A DNA stretch of 64,000 bases from an uncultured Flavobacteriales bacterium (GCA_905479105.1 CAJQLE010000001.1:297628-361627), one strand, 5' to 3'. Shown: positions 25,939 to 36,367, counted from the stretch's first letter. Notes: a model not told the origin generated them from the letters alone. Numbers and translations: made by a program.

Positions 25939-26847
25939 ATGAAAAATTCCATTATTGTTTATCTGTGTCTTGTCGGGCTATTTATGCATGGCTGCGGAGG
26001 CGAATCAGAAAAATCGGCCAAGGAAGAGAATCCTGCCAATTTCATTGACACAAGTCTAATCAAAGATGGTATGGGGGACGAAATGTATGATCGTGCCAGA
26101 ACCATGTTTTATTCAATGCCCTCTCCGATTGAATTACAGACCATGATCGAACAAGCGGGAGGATATTTCAGAGCTGATTTGCTTCACAATCCGCAAACAT
26201 CTTCTCAATATCAAACCACCGAGCAGCAGGCCATGGCACTTGGTGTTTACGGAACTGATATGAGCTATTCTACGGTGTTCAATCAGCAACAAGAATCTTT
26301 ACTGTTTTTAGCAGCTTCGCAACGTGTTTCCAAGAAAATGGGCATACATGACCCTTTCAACGGAAATTTAATTGAAAGAGCCAATGCAAACATGTCCGAT
26401 AAGGATTCAATGCTTCTTATAGTTTCAGAACTGTATTGGGAACTTAACAGCCAACTTCAAGAAGAAAACAGAAACCAACTTGGTCTAATTGTTCTTGCTG
26501 CAGGATGGTTAGAAGGAATCTACTTGGGAACTCAAATTATGGATTCTGAAAATCCTCAACAAGAAATATCTCAAGTACTGATTGATCAACGTTTTGTTGC
26601 ATCCCAATTGAATGAAATGTTCATTGATTACAAAGAGGACTCTTTTATCAAGGCTACAGAACCATTTTTTAGACCTCTTATCGATAAGTTCCTAAGTTTA
26701 AAAATGGATGAACAAGCCACAACGATTAAAGAGTCTGGAGGCAAGATGGTGATAGGTGGCGCTGCCAAAGTATTATTCGGTCCTGGAGACTTAAAAGAAA
26801 TTAAAACACTTGCGTCTGAAGCAAGAGCTAAAATCATCATGATATGA
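25939..26847 (+). CDS. Hypothetical lipoprotein
   Basis: Lipobox LFMHGC. The ATG at 25939 is preferred over 25918. I recognise no family. It is coupled (ATGA) to the next ORF. Confidence 0.5.
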   Translation: MKNSIIVYLCLVGLFMHGCGGESEKSAKEENPANFIDTSLIKDGMGDEMYDRARTMFYSMPSPIELQTMIEQAGGYFRADLLHNPQTSSQYQTTEQQAMALGVYGTDMSYSTVFNQQQESLLFLAASQRVSKKMGIHDPFNGNLIERANANMSDKDSMLLIVSELYWELNSQLQEENRNQLGLIVLAAGWLEGIYLGTQIMDSENPQQEISQVLIDQRFVASQLNEMFIDYKEDSFIKATEPFFRPLIDKFLSLKMDEQATTIKESGGKMVIGGAAKVLFGPGDLKEIKTLASEARAKIIMI

Positions 26848-27287
26848 GACGCACACTAAAATTTACTCTTGCGCTTATCATACTATTAACTGCAGCAGCG
26901 CATTCAGCTTCAGCTCAATGCAAAAATTTCACAAAAAAGAACTGTCTATCTGAGTTGGCAGATTATACTGGCAATGGTCAATATAATGGCGCAGTAATGT
27001 TTGAAGGAGAAGAGGCCACTCTCGTTCAAACTTTTTACTCAGGAAAAGACTACAGATTGTTCGTCTGTTCTCATCCATCAATAAGCGACAGTCTATTTTT
27101 CGAAATCAGAGATTATCGAAAAACGGTTATTTTTTCGAGTAAAGAAAAGGATAGCAAAACATTTGATTTCTCAGTAGAATCCACTCAGCAGCTCTTTATT
27201 CGAGTTGCCGTTCCTGAGATGGGCACTGCTAATGAGCTGAAAAAAAATGGTTGTGTTTCCATATTAGTAGGTTTTAAAGAGAATTAA
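26844..27287 (+). CDS. Hypothetical exported protein
   Basis: 147 aa with signal peptide ..AAAHSASA|Q and four Cys. No family recognised. Confidence 0.5.
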   Translation: MRRTLKFTLALIILLTAAAHSASAQCKNFTKKNCLSELADYTGNGQYNGAVMFEGEEATLVQTFYSGKDYRLFVCSHPSISDSLFFEIRDYRKTVIFSSKEKDSKTFDFSVESTQQLFIRVAVPEMGTANELKKNGCVSILVGFKEN

Positions 27288-27336
27288 TCCCAGCTAAATC
27301 TTCAAGGCTTACGAAAAGCATGCTTAATATTGCGGC

Positions 27337-28221
27337 ATGACTTTCTCAATGACGGGATACGGCAAAAGTAATTGCCAATATAAGGGACGCGCATTAACCA
27401 TAGAGATTCGCACCTTGAACAGCAAGCAAGGCGATATCAATCTGCGCATTCCCTCTATTTTTCGTGAAAAAGAGCTAGAAATGCGAGACATTGTTTCGGC
27501 TCAACTTGATCGAGGAAAAATTGACCTTCTCGTTCAACGGGACTTAGCGGAGGGTGAAGTGGCCACTGAACTCAATGAATCTTTGGTTCATAGTTTTTAT
27601 AAGCTCTTCAAGAAATTGGAGACCTCGATGGAAGAAGGGCCTTCTAAGAATTCGGTTGATTATTTATCCCTAATCATAAAAATGCCTGACGTGCTAAAGC
27701 CGGCAGCCATAGATTTGGAAGAAGGAGAATTTGAATCATTTAAGGTAGGACTTAATGAATGCTTGCTTCGGGTTAATGAATTCAGAAAACAAGAAGGCCA
27801 AAAACTTGAAATTGTATTATCTGAAGGTGCTCAAAACATTAAGAATGCCTTAAAAAGCATCATTCCATTTGAAGAGGATCGACTCAATAGAATTAGAAAG
27901 CGCATTTACTCGAACTTAGGAGAAGATTCAGAAAATGCTGCCTTTGACAAAGACCGCTTTGAACAGGAATTAATTTATTACCTCGAAAAACTTGATATCA
28001 CTGAAGAAAAGGTTCGATTGGAAGCCCATTGCGATTACTTCTTAAAAACACTGCGAGATGAATCTAGTAAGGGTAAGAAACTTTCCTTTATCGCCCAAGA
28101 AATGGGTAGAGAGATCAACACCCTTGGAAGCAAAGCTCAACATTCTGAGATGCAACAAATCGTTGTGGAGATGAAAGATGAGCTAGAGAAAATAAAAGAA
28201 CAAGCGCTGAACGTATTGTAG
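27337..28221 (+). CDS. yicC: YicC-family stress-induced protein
   Basis: 294 aa starting MTGYG with a C-terminal EMGREINTLGSK motif. The yicC-gmk arrangement is conserved. Confidence 0.85.
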   Translation: MTFSMTGYGKSNCQYKGRALTIEIRTLNSKQGDINLRIPSIFREKELEMRDIVSAQLDRGKIDLLVQRDLAEGEVATELNESLVHSFYKLFKKLETSMEEGPSKNSVDYLSLIIKMPDVLKPAAIDLEEGEFESFKVGLNECLLRVNEFRKQEGQKLEIVLSEGAQNIKNALKSIIPFEEDRLNRIRKRIYSNLGEDSENAAFDKDRFEQELIYYLEKLDITEEKVRLEAHCDYFLKTLRDESSKGKKLSFIAQEMGREINTLGSKAQHSEMQQIVVEMKDELEKIKEQALNVL

Positions 28222-28224
28222 AAA

Positions 28225-28806
28225 ATGACATTACTAAACGCAAAAGGTAAGGCTGTTATTTTCTCTGCACCATCAGGTTCGGGAAAATCTACTATTGTTA
28301 GGGCATTACTCGAAAAAGGTCTTCCTCTTGAGTTTTCAATTTCAGCGACTAGCAGAGCTCCTCGGGGGCAAGAAGTTAATGAAACTGACTATTATTTTCT
28401 AGGTGTTGAAGGTTTCAAAAAATGTATTGAGAATGATGAGCTTCTTGAGTGGGAGGAAGTATACACCAACCAATTTTATGGCACTCTAAAAAGCGAAACA
28501 GAGCGCATCTGGTCTAACAACAAAGCAGTGATTTTTGATGTCGATGTTTATGGAGGGTTAAACTTGAAACAGCACTTTGGCGATCAAGCTCTCACCGTTT
28601 TTGTTATGCCTCCTTCAATCGAAGAATTGGAAAATAGGTTGATAGGACGAAATACTGAAAATCACGAAAAAATAAAAATGAGACTGGCCAAGGCAAAAGA
28701 AGAACTGGAACAGAAGAATCCGTTCGATGTTATCGTATTAAATGACGACTTGGATAAAGCCATTGAAAATGCATACAACGCAGTCAAAGAATTTTTGAAT
28801 AAATGA
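28225..28806 (+). CDS. gmk: Guanylate kinase
   Basis: 193 aa with P-loop SAPSGSGKST and SATSRAPR. Confidence 0.9.
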   Translation: MTLLNAKGKAVIFSAPSGSGKSTIVRALLEKGLPLEFSISATSRAPRGQEVNETDYYFLGVEGFKKCIENDELLEWEEVYTNQFYGTLKSETERIWSNNKAVIFDVDVYGGLNLKQHFGDQALTVFVMPPSIEELENRLIGRNTENHEKIKMRLAKAKEELEQKNPFDVIVLNDDLDKAIENAYNAVKEFLNK

Positions 28807-29411
28807 GTAAAACCGTTGGGTTGTATTTTGGTACGTTTAATCCGATTCATGTTGGACACTTGGTTATTGCAAACCACATGGTTCAACATGCGAATTTGGA
28901 TGAACTATGGTTCGTTGTTTCGCCTCAAAATCCTTTAAAACCAAAGGCTTCTCTATTAGCAGACTATCACAGGCTTGCTTTGGTGAGAATAGCGGTGGAT
29001 AACAACTTAAGACTGAAGGCTAGTAACGTTGAGTTTGATCTTGCCCAACCATCTTATACCATTCATACTCTCGCAGCACTCAGTGAGAAATATCCAGACT
29101 ATCAGTTCACCATCATCATGGGAGAGGATAATTTGAATACCCTTCCAAAATGGAAGAACTACGAAGAGATCTTAGCTAATTACTCAATATTAGTCTATCC
29201 ACGGGTAGAAAGTGATGAGAATTTGAGTGTCAATAATGAAGGGCGAAGTGATCTTCTAGATCACCCAAAAGTCACGATGATTGATGCGCCACTCATGAAA
29301 ATTTCAGCCAGCTTCATCAGAAAGTCTGTTAAAACCGGAAAAGATGTGAGATATCTGCTCACTGAACCTGTTCTGAAATATGTAGACGAAATGAATTTTT
29401 ATAAAAAGTAG
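28803..29411 (+). CDS. nadD: Nicotinate-nucleotide adenylyltransferase
   Basis: 202 aa with GTFNPIHVGH and ISASFIR motifs. Confidence 0.9.
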   Translation: MSKTVGLYFGTFNPIHVGHLVIANHMVQHANLDELWFVVSPQNPLKPKASLLADYHRLALVRIAVDNNLRLKASNVEFDLAQPSYTIHTLAALSEKYPDYQFTIIMGEDNLNTLPKWKNYEEILANYSILVYPRVESDENLSVNNEGRSDLLDHPKVTMIDAPLMKISASFIRKSVKTGKDVRYLLTEPVLKYVDEMNFYKK

Positions 29412-29420
29412 ATCCCCGAT

Positions 29421-30446
29421 ATGAGCGAAAGAACAGAATTGGAAGAACTTGGTGAGTTTGGTTTAATAGAGCATCTTACTAAAAATATAGAGCATTATCA
29501 GCCATCGACCATTAAAGGCGTTGGTGATGATGCCGCTGTAATAGACCGCGGAGATCACTACGAATTGGTATCGACAGACATGCTTATTGAAGGCGTTCAT
29601 TTTGATATGTCGTACACTCCTCTGAAGCATTTAGGATACAAAGCGATTGCAGTTAACGTGAGTGATATATGCGCGATGAACGGAAACGCCACACAAGTAA
29701 CTGTTGGCATTGCTGTTTCTAATCGCTTTCCTGTAGAGGCTCTTGAAGAATTGTATGAAGGAATGCTCCTGGCTTGCAAAGCCTACGAAGTAGATTTAGT
29801 GGGAGGAGATACTACCACCAGCCTTTCTGGATTAATGATAAGTGTCACTGCCATTGGCAAAGTAGAAAAAGAGAAGATTGCATATCGATCAGGAGCAAAA
29901 GAAAACGATTTGATCTGTGTTTCTGGAGACCTTGGAGCGGCATACATTGGGTTACAAATTCTTGAGCGTGAAAAGTCAGTTTGGAAGGAAAATCCAAAAA
30001 TTCAACCTGACTTAGAGGGTCATGACTATGTGCTCGAACGCTTTTTAAAGCCTGAAGCTCGAGTAGATATTAATGCTCTTTTGGCACAAAACAATATCGT
30101 GCCTACATCCATGATTGATATCTCTGATGGACTAGCGTCTGAAATTCTTCACCTATGTAAAAACGGAAAAGTTGGCGCTAAGATTTATGAGGAAAAAATT
30201 CCAGTAGATGCTGCTGTTGTAAGTCAATGTAGTGATTTCAATTTAGAGCCTTCCGTTTGCGCACTGAACGGAGGTGAAGACTATGAGCTGCTTTTTACTG
30301 TCAAGCAATCTGACTTTGAAAAGATCAATCAACTTACAGAAATTAAAACCATCGGCCATATAACTGATGCCTCAGAAGGCGTTTGCCTCGTATATCCTAA
30401 AGGTGAAGAGATATTCATTAAAGCCCAAGGATGGAAGGCTTTTTAG
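29421..30446 (+). CDS. thiL: Thiamine-monophosphate kinase
   Basis: 341 aa AIR-synthase-like fold (GDDAAV, VGGDTT, GGEDYELLF). Confidence 0.9.
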   Translation: MSERTELEELGEFGLIEHLTKNIEHYQPSTIKGVGDDAAVIDRGDHYELVSTDMLIEGVHFDMSYTPLKHLGYKAIAVNVSDICAMNGNATQVTVGIAVSNRFPVEALEELYEGMLLACKAYEVDLVGGDTTTSLSGLMISVTAIGKVEKEKIAYRSGAKENDLICVSGDLGAAYIGLQILEREKSVWKENPKIQPDLEGHDYVLERFLKPEARVDINALLAQNNIVPTSMIDISDGLASEILHLCKNGKVGAKIYEEKIPVDAAVVSQCSDFNLEPSVCALNGGEDYELLFTVKQSDFEKINQLTEIKTIGHITDASEGVCLVYPKGEEIFIKAQGWKAF

Positions 30447-30472
30447 TCTTTTTTCAACCCTAGTATAAAAGA

Positions 30473-30498
30473 AAAGGCCAGGTATACTGGCCTTTATT
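30473..30498. terminator. Bidirectional rho-independent terminator
   Basis: AAAGGCCAG-GTATA-CTGGCCTTT, a perfect 9-bp stem. It has an A-rich left flank and a T-rich right flank, and sits between convergent transcription units. Confidence 0.7.
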
Positions 30499-30576
30499 AT
30501 CTAAAGAAAGTGACTCAAGCTCTCTGAGGATTTTGAGAATCAGAAGCCTTTTTTTGCGGACATATTTAAATCAACT

Positions 30577-30705
30577 TCAAAACCCAAATAGCATTCCCAC
30601 CAGTCCCATCATTAAAATGATGGAGGCCAAAGCAAAAATGCTCAAGGTGGATACTGATAGGATCGTGAATATTCGATAATCTGGTTGCATTGGTTCCTTG
30701 TTCAT
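30577..30705 (-). CDS. Possible 42-aa single-TM small protein
   Basis: Hand-translated as MNKEPMQPDYRIFTILSVSTLSIFALASIILMMGLVGMLFGF. It is below the ORF-track size cut-off and lies 66 nt downstream of the hydrolase gene on the same strand. No other support. Confidence 0.25.
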   Translation of the reverse strand: MNKEPMQPDYRIFTILSVSTLSIFALASIILMMGLVGMLFGF

Positions 30706-30771
30706 AGGTCAAAGTTGCCGCTAAACATTAGTACCTATTATGACAAAAGAGAGTGATCTTGCTGACCTTAA

Positions 30772-31554
30772 TCATTTCAGTGATCTCTGGATCATTTCTA
30801 TTGTGGCATCCAAGTCTTCTATGTAACTCATATGACCTGAGCCATTGATTGTATGCAGAGTAACATATTCAGAAATCTCGGAAAGCTCCTTGCTCTCTTG
30901 ATAAGAAATTCTTGGATCCTTATCTCCAGCGATAATATGGACTGGATATGGAGGAAACTTCAGTAACAATTCTCTATTCGGTCGATCTCTCATACCAGCA
31001 AGAGCAGCAATTATCCCACGAGTTGAAGTCTGAGAAGCTTTCTCCTTCACTGCCGTGATATCCACCTTGAATCGTTTTCTATTTACAGGCCTAAAAAGCA
31101 TTGGAATCGATTTTCTCACAAAACTTTTAGCGTTCAACTTCACTGCTTCAATTACTCGATCTCGATCTCGTTTCTTATCCTCAGAGTCTGCTCGGGCAGT
31201 GGATTGATACAGAACAAGGGACCGAAGAATATCAGGATTTCTCTCGGCTAAAGCTAAGGCCACATAACCTCCCATCGAATGACCAATTACATTTACCTTC
31301 CGCAACCTCAAATGCTTGAGCACAGCCTCAACAGATTCGGCCATTTCATCCATGGAATGCACATATCCAACACATTCACTTTTTCCATGACCTAAAAGGT
31401 CAATACAAATTACTCGGTGAGATTTGATCAAATTAGGAATGATGTCAGTCCACATCCAGCTTGCTTCAAGAAAACCATGAAGCAAAACAACCGCTGAACC
31501 TTCACCCTGATCAGAGTAATAGATCTCTACTCCCTTAAAATAAAGTTTAGGCAT
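30772..31554 (-). CDS. Alpha/beta hydrolase
   Basis: 260 aa with an HGF oxyanion region, nucleophile elbow GHSMGG and a C-terminal GSGHM. Confidence 0.8.
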   Translation of the reverse strand: MPKLYFKGVEIYYSDQGEGSAVVLLHGFLEASWMWTDIIPNLIKSHRVICIDLLGHGKSECVGYVHSMDEMAESVEAVLKHLRLRKVNVIGHSMGGYVALALAERNPDILRSLVLYQSTARADSEDKKRDRDRVIEAVKLNAKSFVRKSIPMLFRPVNRKRFKVDITAVKEKASQTSTRGIIAALAGMRDRPNRELLLKFPPYPVHIIAGDKDPRISYQESKELSEISEYVTLHTINGSGHMSYIEDLDATIEMIQRSLK

Positions 31555-32878
31555 TCATCAAATCCTCTATCTCCTCTGCTTCTATCGGAATATTCTGCAT
31601 GAGGTTCTTATGGCCATCTTTTGTGATTAAGTAATCATCTTCTAGACGAATTCCAAGGTTCTCTTCAAGAATATAAATACCCGGCTCGACTGTAAACATC
31701 GACTCTGCTGGAATTGGAGCATTCCATATTCCATAATCATGCGTATCTAATCCAATATAATGAGACGTTCCATGCATAAAATATTTCTTATATGCCGGCC
31801 ATTCAGGATTTTGATTCTTGATATCGTCTATGGTAATTAATCCTAAATCAACCAACTCTTTTTCCATCAAATAACCAACTTCTACATGATAGTCTTTCAG
31901 CGTAATACCTGGTTTTAAAATTTCGATGGCAGCATTTTTCACCCTTAACACTGAATTATAAACGTCTTTCTGACGCTTGGTAAAACCACCATTAACAGGC
32001 ACACATCGCGTTAAATCTGAACTATAATTGGCGTATTCTGCTCCAAAGTCCATCAGTATCACATCACCGTCTTTACATTCTTGGTTGTTTTCAATATAGT
32101 GCAACACACAAGCGTTGCGGCCCGAACCTATGATGGGTGTGTAAGCAAACCCTTGCGAGCGATTTCTCAGAAATTCATGCATCAACTCTGCTTCAATCTC
32201 ATACTCCATTACACCTGGCTTGATGAATGGCAGAATTCTACGAACGCCTTTTTCAGTGACATTACAAGCCTGTTGCATCAAATCAATTTCTATTTGGTGC
32301 TTTACCGCTCGTAATTCGTGTAAGATTGGATTGCTTCTCAAATATAGATGTGCTGGATACTTTTTCATACACCAATCAATCCAGCGGTCTTCGCGCGTTT
32401 GCGCCTCGGTATTGGCGCGTAAGTGTTCGTTTTTATTGATATAAACACTTTCGGCCTCAGCCATTAAATTATTGAAAATAGCATGAAATTGAGGTAGCCA
32501 ATACACTGTTTTAATCCCTGAAGTATCAAAAGCAGCATCCTCGGTCAGTTTCTCGCCTTCCCAAATGGCAATGTGCTCGTTTGTTTCTTTTAAGAACAGT
32601 ATTTCGCGGTACTTTTCATCAGCTGCATCAGGAAAAAGTAACAGAATACTTTCTTCTTGATCTACTCCACTAAGCCAGAAAATATCGCGGTGTTGTTTGA
32701 AAGGAGTGGTACTATCTGCCCCCGTTGTTAAAATGTCGTTTGAATTAAAAACAGCCAGTGACTTGCTTTTCATTCGCTCCGTGAAATTCTTGCGATTATG
32801 GATAAAAAGGTCTTTGTTGATTAAATGATACTTCATGTCATTACTATTTAGAAAGCACTGAATTGTTTCAGCACTCAT
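31547..32878 (-). CDS. pepP: Xaa-Pro aminopeptidase (M24B)
   Basis: 443 aa with the pita-bread metal ligands (DFGAEY.., HGTSHYIGLDTHD, EPGIY). Confidence 0.85.
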   Translation of the reverse strand: MSAETIQCFLNSNDMKYHLINKDLFIHNRKNFTERMKSKSLAVFNSNDILTTGADSTTPFKQHRDIFWLSGVDQEESILLLFPDAADEKYREILFLKETNEHIAIWEGEKLTEDAAFDTSGIKTVYWLPQFHAIFNNLMAEAESVYINKNEHLRANTEAQTREDRWIDWCMKKYPAHLYLRSNPILHELRAVKHQIEIDLMQQACNVTEKGVRRILPFIKPGVMEYEIEAELMHEFLRNRSQGFAYTPIIGSGRNACVLHYIENNQECKDGDVILMDFGAEYANYSSDLTRCVPVNGGFTKRQKDVYNSVLRVKNAAIEILKPGITLKDYHVEVGYLMEKELVDLGLITIDDIKNQNPEWPAYKKYFMHGTSHYIGLDTHDYGIWNAPIPAESMFTVEPGIYILEENLGIRLEDDYLITKDGHKNLMQNIPIEAEEIEDLMNA

Positions 32879-32949
32879 GTTATCTTATCGTGCATTGCAA
32901 AGCAATAACTTTAAGAATGTTTTGCAAGGAAATTTGCCGTTAAAGTGTT

Positions 32950-34134
32950 CTAATTAAAGAGGCTTGCAATGATCTTTGAATAGTTCGACTGTACTATATC
33001 GAAAGACCTAAAATCTTTTGCAAATTGAACGCATTGATTCGAAGGACGGTGTGATTTTCTCAATTCGTCTATCTTATAAAAAACTGTATCGTCTACTTTA
33101 TTAAAATCCTCGACCACGACTCCCAAATTTTTATTTTTTGTAATTTCTGAATCATCTCCAATACCGTCAGGCATTATTATGGATAATCCATTTGCCCAAA
33201 ACTCAGCATTCTTGATTGGCGAAATAGCCTTTTTCGAAGGTGTGGGTCTGTGCAATGAAAAAGCGAAATCTGCTGCTGACAAAAAAGCTGCAACTTGACC
33301 TTGAGAAACAAAGTCAAGTGAGAATTCATTTTCGGAGAAACCGCTAGCTGCGAGCTTTTCTCGCCAAATGTTTTTATCTGGGGATAAGATTAAAAGATGA
33401 AACTTGCCATAGTAAAAACTTCGCGCACTATTAAAAAGCTGAAGTGCTTCTTGGTCAAGATAAATCCCTCCAATTTTACCTGTGTAAATTCCGACAATGG
33501 TATCTGGCTTTATCCCAAGTTTTGCCCTCACTTTTTGTCGATCTACATCATTGTATGCAAATACAGATGAATTCACACAGCAAGGCGTAATCATAAGTTT
33601 CTCTTGATCCAAACCCTCTATCCTCAGCAACTCTTCTGCATAAATATTGGTTAAAGGAAGAATAAACCTTGCCTGTCGCTTTTCCTGGCGTTCGGCTCTT
33701 TGAAGCAATTTGTACTTCAAACTATTGAGTTTCCAAACACCATCTTCAAGCATATAGTCAGCGTGAGGCTCAAAAGACTCAATGCTAAGCGGAATGCTCA
33801 ATTGATTCGAAATATTCAATACCAGCCTTCCTGCCATAACACCGCGTGCCATGATCATGTGGATCGAATTTTTAGCATATAATGCTTTTATATGCGCCTC
33901 CAAACGACGTTTATCAAATGCCTTACGCAACACATTTGCAGAAGAAGCTATTCGGAAATGCTCCAACTTATACAATTCAAATTCAGCACTTAAACCTTGC
34001 CGCTCAATCGTAAAAAAATAGATTCGATCAACATCTTTGTTGTTCGATAAAATACGCAAATGCGGCAATACAGTAGCTTGAGTTAAGCCTTCATTTATAC
34101 CCCAATAGGAAACAAAACAGATATTCAAGCCCAT
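32950..34134 (-). CDS. Glycosyltransferase (GT-B, GT4-like)
   Basis: 394 aa with a GT-B-like layout, overlapping the upstream GT2 gene by 10 nt. Confidence 0.65.
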   Translation of the reverse strand: MGLNICFVSYWGINEGLTQATVLPHLRILSNNKDVDRIYFFTIERQGLSAEFELYKLEHFRIASSANVLRKAFDKRRLEAHIKALYAKNSIHMIMARGVMAGRLVLNISNQLSIPLSIESFEPHADYMLEDGVWKLNSLKYKLLQRAERQEKRQARFILPLTNIYAEELLRIEGLDQEKLMITPCCVNSSVFAYNDVDRQKVRAKLGIKPDTIVGIYTGKIGGIYLDQEALQLFNSARSFYYGKFHLLILSPDKNIWREKLAASGFSENEFSLDFVSQGQVAAFLSAADFAFSLHRPTPSKKAISPIKNAEFWANGLSIIMPDGIGDDSEITKNKNLGVVVEDFNKVDDTVFYKIDELRKSHRPSNQCVQFAKDFRSFDIVQSNYSKIIASLFN

Positions 34135-34940
34135 TTGATTTTCAATGCCATTTTGATTGCCAAAAATGGCTTTAAATCTTTTAATAAGCTTTTGAAACTT
34201 ACCGCAGCTGCGCGCGATTTGAAAATGCTAATCAAATTTTGATCAACATGCTTGATGTTTTTCAAGGCTTTGGCAATTTTGAAATACCCGTTTGTTAATC
34301 TTGGCACATTAGTCATTGCGCTAGCCACATGTCTGCGATAATAAAGTACAGGTTCTGATGTGAACGCGTACTTCCCCGAATTGCAGATAGAAGCATAAAA
34401 CAGCAATTCTTCGCCATGAGTAAGGCCCTCTAAAAATCGATAAGACTTACCCTCTGCCCTTTTAACCATCCAAGTATTTCCTTTAAAAACCTTACCAGAA
34501 AGGGAAAGCAATTCCTGCAAAGGATTTCCTTCAAAGGCAGGTACAAACGTTTCAATTTGATGATTAATTGTATTGATGAATGAAATCACTTTCCCGTCTA
34601 CAAACTCTATTTCTGGATTGGTTTGAAACACAGCTAATCGCGCACTCAAACTGTTTTCAGGCAAAAGATCGTCTCCATCTAAAAAACAGAAATAATCGCC
34701 TTTTATAGATGCCAATCCTTCATTTCTTGCTACACTAACACCTTTGTTGGTTTCAAGGTTAATTATTCTGATTTTATCTGATTGTAAATTTTCAAGTGTA
34801 CGTTTTGTATTGTCTGTTGAAGCATCATTCACAACTACCCACTCCCAATTTTCGTGAGTTTGATACCTAATACTATTCCAAGTTTCTTCAATAGTATCTT
34901 GATTGTTGAATGTTGGGGTAATGATTGAAACTAAACTCAT
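34125..34940 (-). CDS. Family 2 glycosyltransferase
   Basis: SIITPTFNN..VVVNDASTDNT..DGDD motifs. The ATG at 34940 is preferred to the TTG at 34943. Confidence 0.85.
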   Translation of the reverse strand: MSLVSIITPTFNNQDTIEETWNSIRYQTHENWEWVVVNDASTDNTKRTLENLQSDKIRIINLETNKGVSVARNEGLASIKGDYFCFLDGDDLLPENSLSARLAVFQTNPEIEFVDGKVISFINTINHQIETFVPAFEGNPLQELLSLSGKVFKGNTWMVKRAEGKSYRFLEGLTHGEELLFYASICNSGKYAFTSEPVLYYRRHVASAMTNVPRLTNGYFKIAKALKNIKHVDQNLISIFKSRAAAVSFKSLLKDLKPFLAIKMALKIKWA

Positions 34941-35551
34941 CAAGCAAAATCTTCGATTATTGATAATAGTTCATTTTTCATTTTAACGACAGCTTTTTTT
35001 TGAAGGTTGGCAAACCGATACTCAATGTCAACAAAATAGGTTAAACTTTAATAGCACAAAATGAAGAGCCAATTTCTGTAGAGTAAATTAGAATACTTTG
35101 CACCCAAATAATGGCAGAAAATTGAATTAAAAAGCATAAAAATTAGTTTAGATTGTTGAATTCAAAGGTTCGATTAAGCTTCATTTTTTTATTAATTGAA
35201 TCGCACTTCTGACAACTGTCCATGGATTATTGTTAGACGTATTGAACTGTATAGATTTTAATTTTACCGCCTCTTTTCAAACACATTAAAAATTTGCCTA
35301 GCAGCATCTTTATTTATTAAACCGATCCTGATGCAAATACTCGCCCTGAGTTACTTTGAATAAACCTTATGTTGAAGACAAAACCACTTGATACAGAGCT
35401 GAAAAAGTGATTATCATTGCCCTATTTGAACCAATAATCTTAACTCAGCTATCATTTCAAAAACCAAAGTAACATTATTGGTAGACGATCCAAGGTTATT
35501 TAAGTTTCTCAATTTTGGCCCTCAGAACGCGAAATAATCTTTAATTCAACA

Positions 35552-36367
35552 ATGAAAGTCATCAATTCTTCCACCAAATTCACATCGCTAGAAGACCTCT
35601 ATAATCATCGTGAACTGCTAAGAACATTCACTTGGCGCGATTATAAAATTCGCTACGCGCAAACTACTCTAGGTTTTTTATGGGCTTTCATTCAACCCAT
35701 TATTTCTATCAGTATTTTAAGTTTAGTATTCGGGAGCTTTTTACAGATAAACATCTCCGAGACACCACAAATAATTTACACAGCTTGCGGACTGTTGAGC
35801 TGGACATACTTCAACTACGTTACCCAAAGCTCGGGTAGTTCGATTATAGTTGCCCAAGAAATGATAAAAAAAATATACTTCCCTCGGATAATTATTCCAA
35901 TTTCAAAAGCAATTATTGGATTAATCGACCTTGGCATTAACCTGTTCCTCTTGGTCTTATTAATGGTTTATTTTAACCAACCTTATTCTCCAAATATTAT
36001 TTTCTTACCGATCATCATGCTCTTCAATATTTTGTTTTCAATTGGTATAGGCATTATATTGAGCGCAATAAATACCCGATTCAGAGATTTTCAATATGTT
36101 GTCCCATTTGTTGTTCAATTGAGTCTTTTCTTAACACCAATTGCCTACCCTGCAGATTTCGTGGTTAATCACCTTCCTTTTTGGGTAGAATCAATATATT
36201 TCTTAAACCCACTAGCTGGTTTGGCAGAAGCCTTTAGATGGTCTATTCTCGGCTCGCAAACACTAAATCCATTGGTCTTCATTAGTCTCTTCGTAGCAAT
36301 ACTAACCTTTGCATTATCTTTCAAAATTTTTGAACGGATAGAAAAACAAATGGCCGATATTTTATGA
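35552..36367 (+). CDS. wzm: ABC-2 type polysaccharide export permease (Wzm-like)
   Basis: 271 aa with six hydrophobic segments and an N-terminal ..DYKIRYAQTTLGFLWAFIQP signature. Confidence 0.8.
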   Translation: MKVINSSTKFTSLEDLYNHRELLRTFTWRDYKIRYAQTTLGFLWAFIQPIISISILSLVFGSFLQINISETPQIIYTACGLLSWTYFNYVTQSSGSSIIVAQEMIKKIYFPRIIIPISKAIIGLIDLGINLFLLVLLMVYFNQPYSPNIIFLPIIMLFNILFSIGIGIILSAINTRFRDFQYVVPFVVQLSLFLTPIAYPADFVVNHLPFWVESIYFLNPLAGLAEAFRWSILGSQTLNPLVFISLFVAILTFALSFKIFERIEKQMADIL

